Assembly: GCA_003514055.1 (NCBI GenBank)
Contig: DOSG01000008.1
Coordinates: 45,895 to 109,894 of the forward strand
DNA from: Candidatus Yanofskybacteria bacterium
GTDB lineage: Bacteria; Patescibacteriota; Minisyncoccia; 2-02-FULL-40-12; GWA2-44-9
DNA length: 64,000 nucleotides
Direction: 5' to 3'
Below, one piece after another: positions 57,681 to 64,000 of this stretch. Each line of letters opens with the position of its first letter. Position 1 is the first letter of the stretch. The position numbers and the translations under genes were made by a program. The notes below the pieces were generated by a model that did not search any database, was not told the origin of the DNA, and was given only the letters and a program-made list of their open reading frames with translations.

Positions 57681-59588
57681 ATGATCAAAAAGATATCATT
57701 ATTTATTCTCGCCTTTACGGTCGGCTTTGGATTATTTACATCTTCAGCTAAAGCAGAAGAATGTCCAGCAAGTGGAAATTATGCAGACAAGCTAAGAGGC
57801 GCCATGGATGCCATTCTAAAAGCAAATCCGAGTCTTGCCAATTCAACCAATACAGAAGAAAATAGTTTCGACTTCATAAGCTTGGTAGCAAAAAAGCCGC
57901 CGACGGGATTCAATGTAACAGATCAGGTCTTAAATGGAAACGGCAATCCTAATAGTGGAGATCTATTAGCAATATGGAAAAAGGGGGATGCTAAGATGGA
58001 GCGCTACGACGTGATAGCGGCCGTTGGTGCGGGAGATAGAACGATAGAATCCGCAGTAACCACTCAATTCGTCGGCTTAATACCTCTTAATTGTACAAGT
58101 AGCGGAGGAGGCAAGGAATGTAGTTGCGGTACCTCCGAACAAAATGCATCCAGACAGTGTGCTGTTGATGTTTATCAGGCTGGCGCTAGAGCAAAAGATC
58201 CAATTGCCATCGGAGCAGAATGCCGCAGTGCCGTCTGGTTCCAAAGAAATACCAATATAGCATTGTCCTGTTCGTCAGACTTTATATTTAGAGGGACACC
58301 CGCAAATCAGTGGAAGACATGGAGCGAAAACCAAATTGAGAAAGTCGTTAGGGCCTGTGATGGAGACAACGTGGCAAACGCCGATAAGATATTAGCAGCC
58401 CTTGAGGTAGTCTGGAGTTCTTGTTTGCCCGATAGAAAAGGAATTAGCTGTGTCTGCCAAACAGCAGAAGATGGAGAAAATAATTCATGCGCGATGTTTA
58501 TGGGAGAGATAGGCCCACCCACGATTACCTCTTTCACTCCGACAAAGGCAACGATCGGTACAGAAGTGTACATCGAAGGCACTCACCTGCCAGACAAGAT
58601 TGAGCTTCAGTCTTCCTCGCAAAAATACACCCTCGCTAGCCACGTTAATTCGACTTTCACGGGAACGACATTTACAGTTGATCCATCAGTAGAAGATGGA
58701 TCATACACTCTTTCAGTAGTTGGAATAAATGGAAGCGCTACAGCCAATCAAAAGCTGGTCATCACAGCTGGCGGCCCAGACTTCGCCGGCCGCACATTGC
58801 CAGCCACTCCGACTGGATATCCAGAAATGGGTGGCCTGTTGGGCATGATATTAACATGGTCTATTAGATTATTAGGCATATCCATATTTATTGTGGTCTT
58901 CTTAGCTGGCGCAGAATGGTTCTTTAATCAAGGCAATCCATCGATGTGGACTGGAGTTAAGACTAAGATACAAAATGCCATCATCGGAGCCATTATGCTT
59001 TTATCAGCCTATCTTATTCTATACACTATCAATCCCGACTTAGTTCAAGGCACATTCGAACTGCCAGGCATAACAGGAGGGAATACGGCACCAACAGCAA
59101 GTCCAAGCACTAGCCCATCGACACCGCCTACACCAACATCGTCCGGAACTCCACCCGAAGCTTGCAAACAAAATGTAGGCGGGACAGCATCTTCTGGCTG
59201 TACTCAAGCAACCTGCGTCGACATATCTAACTACACCCCTACCCATGGCTGCGAAAGTAATGGTGGCAAATGTTACGCATCATCTCAGGCAGCCCAAAAG
59301 ATACAGACTCTCGTTTCACGATTCAATGCCCTGTCAGGTGGTAGTTGTTCTCTACGAATATCTTCGACAATCCAAGGCCCAGGCGGACCGAGTATATCTG
59401 GATGCCACAAGCCAGGATCTGCCAATGCTGGGACATGTGCCGACTTCAACGTATCTCCGCACGGTTCTTGTTATAAATTCTTCTACCAGGCAGCAAAAGA
59501 AGCTAGCGTGGTATCTTTTCTAGATGAATACGTGCCAGCATGTATTCCTGCCAATGCTACCGGAGGGAATATCCACGTAAATTTCTAA
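57681..59588 (+). CDS. Cys-rich surface protein: IPT/TIG-like domain + VirB2/TrbC-like pilin TMs + M15-like peptidase
   Basis: Signal peptide; PTITSFTP..IGTEVYIEG; NAIIGAIMLLSAYLILYTINPDL; CH..G..GTCADF and NIHV. Confidence 0.65.
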   Translation: MIKKISLFILAFTVGFGLFTSSAKAEECPASGNYADKLRGAMDAILKANPSLANSTNTEENSFDFISLVAKKPPTGFNVTDQVLNGNGNPNSGDLLAIWKKGDAKMERYDVIAAVGAGDRTIESAVTTQFVGLIPLNCTSSGGGKECSCGTSEQNASRQCAVDVYQAGARAKDPIAIGAECRSAVWFQRNTNIALSCSSDFIFRGTPANQWKTWSENQIEKVVRACDGDNVANADKILAALEVVWSSCLPDRKGISCVCQTAEDGENNSCAMFMGEIGPPTITSFTPTKATIGTEVYIEGTHLPDKIELQSSSQKYTLASHVNSTFTGTTFTVDPSVEDGSYTLSVVGINGSATANQKLVITAGGPDFAGRTLPATPTGYPEMGGLLGMILTWSIRLLGISIFIVVFLAGAEWFFNQGNPSMWTGVKTKIQNAIIGAIMLLSAYLILYTINPDLVQGTFELPGITGGNTAPTASPSTSPSTPPTPTSSGTPPEACKQNVGGTASSGCTQATCVDISNYTPTHGCESNGGKCYASSQAAQKIQTLVSRFNALSGGSCSLRISSTIQGPGGPSISGCHKPGSANAGTCADFNVSPHGSCYKFFYQAAKEASVVSFLDEYVPACIPANATGGNIHVNF

Positions 59589-59618
59589 TAGATTACACTT
59601 TTAGAATAATCAGTACCT

Positions 59619-60092
59619 ATGGGATACGCGGCCATTATATTAGTCATAGCCACTATAATATTAGGAACCTACGCTGGTCCTGGCCTTTCCAATACACTTA
59701 AAGATGGATTAATAAGCAATATTGGCGAGGGATTCAAAGATCTGATACCGAAGAGTGAAAATGAGATAATAATAGAAAGTATAAATTCGACCAGCCGAAC
59801 CTTGGAAGATTTCTTTAATAATTCTGCGAATCAAATTCTTTCGGCGAAAGACGTATCAACTGAAGATAAAGAGGCGCTCAAAAAATCCATCCAGGCTTTC
59901 GTCGAATCAAAAGACCTAAATGCGAAGATAGAGACAAAACTCAAAAGCGAAGAAAGCCAAGGATTAGTCAGCAAAATAGTTGATAAAGTAATTGGAATCG
60001 GCACATCGAGTATCAATAACGCGACAACGAACAATAACCCGCCAGAGACTACCTACATACCGCCTCAGTGTAAAATGGTCTGCGATCCATAA
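59619..60092 (+). CDS. hypothetical membrane-anchored protein
   Basis: N-terminal TM; C-terminal CxxxC. Confidence 0.7.
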   Translation: MGYAAIILVIATIILGTYAGPGLSNTLKDGLISNIGEGFKDLIPKSENEIIIESINSTSRTLEDFFNNSANQILSAKDVSTEDKEALKKSIQAFVESKDLNAKIETKLKSEESQGLVSKIVDKVIGIGTSSINNATTNNNPPETTYIPPQCKMVCDP

Positions 60093-60103
60093 ATTGAAAT
60101 AAA

Positions 60104-60147
60104 GCTTGGGCCTTCGCTTCGATCAATTGGCTCGGCACAAACGAAGC
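60104..60147. repeat. 44-bp direct repeat, left copy
   Basis: 37/44 identical to 61108-61151; first 22 nt identical. Confidence 0.85.
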
Positions 60148-60180
60148 ATAAGAAAAAGCCGAGCGTTGCTCGGCTATATA

Positions 60181-60993
60181 TTACTGACTCCTCCTCAACA
60201 AGGCCTGCTGAGTCTTGGTCAGGTTCTTCACGTCGTAAAGAGCGTAATTTGAATATTCTGCATTCTTGGCTACTGCCTTAACCAGAACATCTTTCTGAAC
60301 TCTGGTTAGACCCTTCATGTCGCGAAGAGTACGATATGCATATCTTACTTCTTTGGTCACTACTTTAATTAAGACATCTTTCTGAATTCTGGTCAGGCCG
60401 CCTACCTCGTAAAGAACGTCATGCGCATGTTCTGGGTTTTTGGCCAAACCCCTGACTAGAATGCCTTTCTGAGTGTTGGTCAGGTTCTTCACGTCACGAA
60501 GAACGTCAGATGCATATTCTGCACTCTTGGCCACGCCCTCAATCAAGATATCTTTTTGAGTCTCGGGCAGATCGCCTACCTCGCAAAGGACAGAAGACGC
60601 ATCGGTCACGTCTTCAGCTACACGAGGAATACAGATATCCATGAAGGCCGATCTCCAGAGCTCGGGAGCTCTTATGAGAATGTAACTGGCATCGTCTGGC
60701 TGAAGAGATCGTTTGAGCATTTTGCTCCAAGTATCAAAAAGAGTTTCGGGGGATTCAAGATGAATGGCAATTTCAGGTGGGAATTGAGTTTTATCCCAAA
60801 AATCCCTGTTTTCGAATTGAGGCAAACTTTCTGTCACTGGGCCATAGAAAGCATCAATAGCACTGTGCCCCAATATGTCGTTATGCATCGTACCTCGTAG
60901 AGTCTCTCTCCCATGAGGAGAAAATACATCTTTGTCCGTCAGAAAGTAGATATTCCCTTTAATATCCTTCTTCCAAGAGATGAAGTCGCACAT
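60181..60993 (-). CDS. protein with a phage-like N-terminal domain and five 29-aa helical tandem repeats
   Basis: MCDFISW...GHSAI; repeats of A..VL.DV..LT..QKD.L...VAK..EY; TTGACA-N18-TATATT promoter, GTTCTCTTGAA, AGGA SD. Confidence 0.8.
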   Translation of the reverse strand: MCDFISWKKDIKGNIYFLTDKDVFSPHGRETLRGTMHNDILGHSAIDAFYGPVTESLPQFENRDFWDKTQFPPEIAIHLESPETLFDTWSKMLKRSLQPDDASYILIRAPELWRSAFMDICIPRVAEDVTDASSVLCEVGDLPETQKDILIEGVAKSAEYASDVLRDVKNLTNTQKGILVRGLAKNPEHAHDVLYEVGGLTRIQKDVLIKVVTKEVRYAYRTLRDMKGLTRVQKDVLVKAVAKNAEYSNYALYDVKNLTKTQQALLRRSQ

Positions 60994-61107
60994 GACACGC
61001 TTCCTTTCAAGAGAACTGAGGTGAATATACCACGCCCAAGCGGCATATGTCAAGTAGAGCATCATGTCTCAACGGCTCGAAAAAAACCCATCTAGCAAAA
61101 AGTCTAG

Positions 61108-61151
61108 GCTTGGGCCTTCGCTTCGATCAGTTAGCTCAATTCAAGCGAAGC
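61108..61151. repeat. 44-bp direct repeat, right copy
   Basis: GCTTGGGCCTTCGCTTCGATCAGTTAGCTCAATTCAAGCGAAGC; internal CTTCGCTT/AAGCGAAG stem. Confidence 0.85.
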
Positions 61152-61385
61152 TCGGCTAGTTTTCTCATCATTCACAGACAAGTCATGTATTAGAGGGTAG
61201 GTAGATAAAGAATCCAAAAAGATAGGTCGAGGGCGATACAATCACTAAGAAAGAAGGCCTCCGCTTTGCGGAGGCCTTCTTTAAATAATAGTGCGAGGGT
61301 TACCTGTCTTTTTGGTTGTATTCTTTACTATCTATCCCGAGAATACATGATACAGGCGAGGACACGATGAGAAAACTAGCTGAGC
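61150..61385 (+). other. 236-nt rod-like foldback (candidate ncRNA or REPIN/MITE-like element)
   Basis: Nested stems of 20, 9, 10, 8, 14, 5 and 15 bp separated by internal loops; G-U pairs favour the + strand. Confidence 0.75.
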
Positions 61386-61392
61386 GAAGCGG

Positions 61393-62634
61393 CTATTCAT
61401 ATCTCAACGCCTCAATCGGACTCTTTTGCGCCGCTTTTCGTGCCGGGAATATGCCGAAAATAAATCCTATCGCACTAGAAACGAATACTCCCAAGAACGC
61501 TCCAAGATAAGAAAAAGCAAATGGGAAGTTAGTCGTTGTCAGATGATTGATAGAGAAGGTGGCCGCATAAGCCAACGCTGTCCCTAAAAATATTCCAACC
61601 AATCCCCCGCTGACCGTAAATATGATTGCCTCGACTAAGAATTGAGTAAGAATATCTTTGTTGGTAGCTCCTAGAGCTTTTCTCAGACCTATTTCCCTAG
61701 TTCTTTCGGTAACAGAGACGAACATAATATTCATAATTCCGATACCTCCTACAACCAATGAAATCGCCGCAACAGAGCTCAATAGTATAGTGAGAATGTT
61801 CGTGATTAAGCTTACCGTGTCTACTAAATCGGCCTGGGTCTGTATAAAAAAGTCGTCCTTGTCTGGATCAGTAATATTATGATTCGATCTCAATACGGCC
61901 TTAATATCGCTGACCACATCTGGGATATTCTCAACCGTATCGGCAACTACAACTACGCGGTGATAATATTTTATACCCAAGACATACTGCTGAATAGTAG
62001 AAACTGGGGCCACGACTGCCTCGTCAAAGTTAACAAATACGGCTTGTCCTTTTTCCGCCATAAGACCAACAACTCTAAAATATTTATCTTTTATTTTTAT
62101 CTTCTCACCAATTGGATCAGCAAGGCCAAATAATTTTTCAGCCACCGTCGTCCCAATAACTATTACATCGCTTTTTTGAGCGACATCTTCGTCAGTTATA
62201 TTTGTTCCCCTTGCGATATCAACTTGGAATAAATCGAAAAGCCTCGGATCAGCGCCCAGAACAGTAGCGTTGTAAGTCTCAGAATCATAATTAACGCTCG
62301 CCGGAGTAAAGACCATTCCCGTAATCTTGGCTGCATTCGGGACATTACTCTTCTTGGTTAAATCCTTTAGATCCCTTTCTTTCAGCGAGTCGGCTAGCAA
62401 AGTGCTAGAACCATCAGAGAATCCTTCGGGCTGACGACCAGGTATGATGAAGACATTAGTTGAGCCCAATCCCTGGACCTGATCGACGATAAGTTTTTGA
62501 GCGCTCTGACCTATGGACATAACCAGAATGATAGAAGATATACCGATAACAATCCCGAGAATAGTTAAAGCTGAACGAGTCTTGTTCGTGGATAATCCTG
62601 TTATCGCCATTTGTACGGTATCTCTAATCTTCAT
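61393..62634 (-). CDS. MacB/FtsX-family ABC transporter permease
   Basis: RSALTILGIVIG, VGGIGIMNIMFVSVTERTREIGLRKALGA, PIEALRYE. Confidence 0.95.
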   Translation of the reverse strand: MKIRDTVQMAITGLSTNKTRSALTILGIVIGISSIILVMSIGQSAQKLIVDQVQGLGSTNVFIIPGRQPEGFSDGSSTLLADSLKERDLKDLTKKSNVPNAAKITGMVFTPASVNYDSETYNATVLGADPRLFDLFQVDIARGTNITDEDVAQKSDVIVIGTTVAEKLFGLADPIGEKIKIKDKYFRVVGLMAEKGQAVFVNFDEAVVAPVSTIQQYVLGIKYYHRVVVVADTVENIPDVVSDIKAVLRSNHNITDPDKDDFFIQTQADLVDTVSLITNILTILLSSVAAISLVVGGIGIMNIMFVSVTERTREIGLRKALGATNKDILTQFLVEAIIFTVSGGLVGIFLGTALAYAATFSINHLTTTNFPFAFSYLGAFLGVFVSSAIGFIFGIFPARKAAQKSPIEALRYE

Positions 62635-62639
62635 TCCGA

Positions 62640-63359
62640 TTATTTAAAGAATCCCTGCTTAGCGATTAATCGACGATTCTGAACCTTCTCGTCTCTATCA
62701 ATTAACCCATCTTTGATATGTAATATCCTTTCAGCGCATTCAGCGACATACGATTCGTGAGTTACCAAAATTATTGTATTTCCCTGGGAATGTAAATCTT
62801 GCAAAAATGACATAATAATCTCACCAGACTTAGAATCCAAGCTTCCCGTTGGCTCATCAGCGAAAATAACCTTAGGATTATTAACTAGAGCACGGGCGAT
62901 AGCTACTCTTTGCTTTTGGCCTCCAGATAGCTTCGTAGTCTTGAAATCTACCCTGTCATTTAGGTCCACCAAGCTGACCATGTCTCTCGCTCGCTTGTCT
63001 CTTTCTTCCTCGGATAACCTAGCATAGATTAAGGGCAATTTAACATTTTCCAATACCGTCAATTTGGGTAGAAGATTAAAAGCCTGAAACACGAAGCCCA
63101 TCTCTTTGTTTCTAATATGCGCCAACTGGTCGTCTGAATACTCGGTTATATTGTGCCCATTAAATATATATTCGCCACCTGATGGCCTATCAAGCACTCC
63201 GAGAATTTGAAGAAGAGTAGATTTTCCGGAACCAGATGGACCGATGATGGCGACAAACTCGCCTTCGTTGATAGCCAAATCAACGCCATTCAATCCGGGC
63301 GTTCTTACGTCACCATCCACATATATCTTCTCTAGTGATTTAACTTCAATAAGAGCCAT
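62640..63359 (-). CDS. MacB/LolD-type ABC transporter ATP-binding protein
   Basis: [34 protein letters not shown]. Confidence 0.96.
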   Translation of the reverse strand: MALIEVKSLEKIYVDGDVRTPGLNGVDLAINEGEFVAIIGPSGSGKSTLLQILGVLDRPSGGEYIFNGHNITEYSDDQLAHIRNKEMGFVFQAFNLLPKLTVLENVKLPLIYARLSEEERDKRARDMVSLVDLNDRVDFKTTKLSGGQKQRVAIARALVNNPKVIFADEPTGSLDSKSGEIIMSFLQDLHSQGNTIILVTHESYVAECAERILHIKDGLIDRDEKVQNRRLIAKQGFFK

Positions 63360-63368
63360 AAATAATTA

Positions 63369-63495
63369 TCGAGTTAAGGGCGCAGATGTTAATTTTGAGA
63401 GACCCGCGCAGAGCCGACTGGGCTCGAGCGAGAGGGTGATTTCTCAGCAGAGAAATACAACCCGTGCTCGAAAAGTTAATATCTGCGACCTCTCG
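63369..63495. repeat. structured three-way-junction repeat, copy 2
   Basis: Outer stem CGCAGATGTTAATTTT/AAAGTTAATATCTGCG; same inner hairpins as 17428-17541. Confidence 0.8.
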
Positions 63496-63504
63496 ACGCA
63501 CCTT

Positions 63505-64000
63505 CTATTGGATTAGAATTTTATCTCCGGCCACGAGGCCACTAACGATCTCCGTTTTTCCGTCTGACCCCTTCAGTCCTGTCGTAATTGGCATTTCATA
63601 TACAACAGCGACGTCATCTCTTGTAGCTACTGATAAATTAGCAAATCTTGTGTTGGAAGCATCGTCTTGATTAGCCACCACGATTTTTACATATTTCTGG
63701 CCATCTCTTTGATAAATAGCTCTGGTCGGAATTACTAGAACCCCGTCTCTCATATCATTGAGTATGTCCATATTAGCAGTTAAGCCCGAACGAATCCTCT
63801 CATCGCTTTCGACAAACTGCAACTTAGTCTCATATGTCGGAACTCCATCAATCATCTTTTCGGCTGGGTATATGCTTGTAACCTTAGCCTCCCAAGAAAA
63901 ATCTTGACCAAAAGCATCTAAGGTCACCTTGGCTGTATTACCTACATTAACCTTAGATATGTCAGCCTCTGGTATATTAGAGGTTATTTCATAATTTGAG
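63505..64000 (-). CDS. MacA-like membrane fusion (periplasmic adaptor) protein, 3' part
   Basis: IPEADISKV..G..A.VTLDAF, RSGLTAN, EIVSGL..GD; frame open to the right edge. Confidence 0.9.
   Translation of the reverse strand, partial: SNYEITSNIPEADISKVNVGNTAKVTLDAFGQDFSWEAKVTSIYPAEKMIDGVPTYETKLQFVESDERIRSGLTANMDILNDMRDGVLVIPTRAIYQRDGQKYVKIVVANQDDASNTRFANLSVATRDDVAVVYEMPITTGLKGSDGKTEIVSGLVAGDKILIQ

Noticed and set aside
60181-60993. 87-nt repeats as a DGR template/variable pair
   Set aside because: Differences are not adenine-specific, repeats are in-frame tandem units, and no reverse transcriptase is in the window
1-64000. Alternative genetic code (TGA recoded as in Gracilibacteria/SR1)
   Set aside because: Conserved genes are uninterrupted under code 11 and TGA terminates genes such as DUF167 and mnmA

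Overview
A 64-kb chromosomal segment of a small-genome bacterium, most likely Patescibacteria/CPR (Parcubacteria-like). Supporting signs are a short AlaRS, a baseplate-J-like CPR protein, a pilin-like/peptidase fusion and mostly leaderless core genes; TGA is used as stop, so the code is standard. The core backbone is mainly on the minus strand: a cell-surface glycosylation cluster (GT2/GT4, LCP, O-antigen-ligase-like, S41 protease), mreB, the infA-rpmJ-rpsM-rpsK-rpsD-rpoA-rplQ-rplM-rpsI operon, dusB, alaS, a UvrD-nuclease fusion, obgE, HU, rny, gpmI, mnmA, a MacAB-type ABC exporter and four tRNAs (His, Pro, Arg, Gly). The most unusual signals are non-coding or structural. (1) About 20 orphan genes sit singly between core genes as self-contained units with a shared leader (TTGACA -35, -10, a boxA-like GYTCnTTGAA motif in about 16 of them, then a Shine-Dalgarno) and a terminator, and several are bracketed by direct repeats. 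(2) A short palindrome (ACAAAGGGCGCC...GGCGCCCTTTGT) occurs in-frame inside four unrelated genes. (3) A ~110-130-nt three-way-junction repeat with compensatory changes lies in operon spacers. (4) There is a 236-nt rod-like foldback and mini-elements that duplicate tRNA 3' ends. No CRISPR array, rRNA or intact transposase/integrase was seen. All family assignments come from motif recognition by eye, not from database searches.
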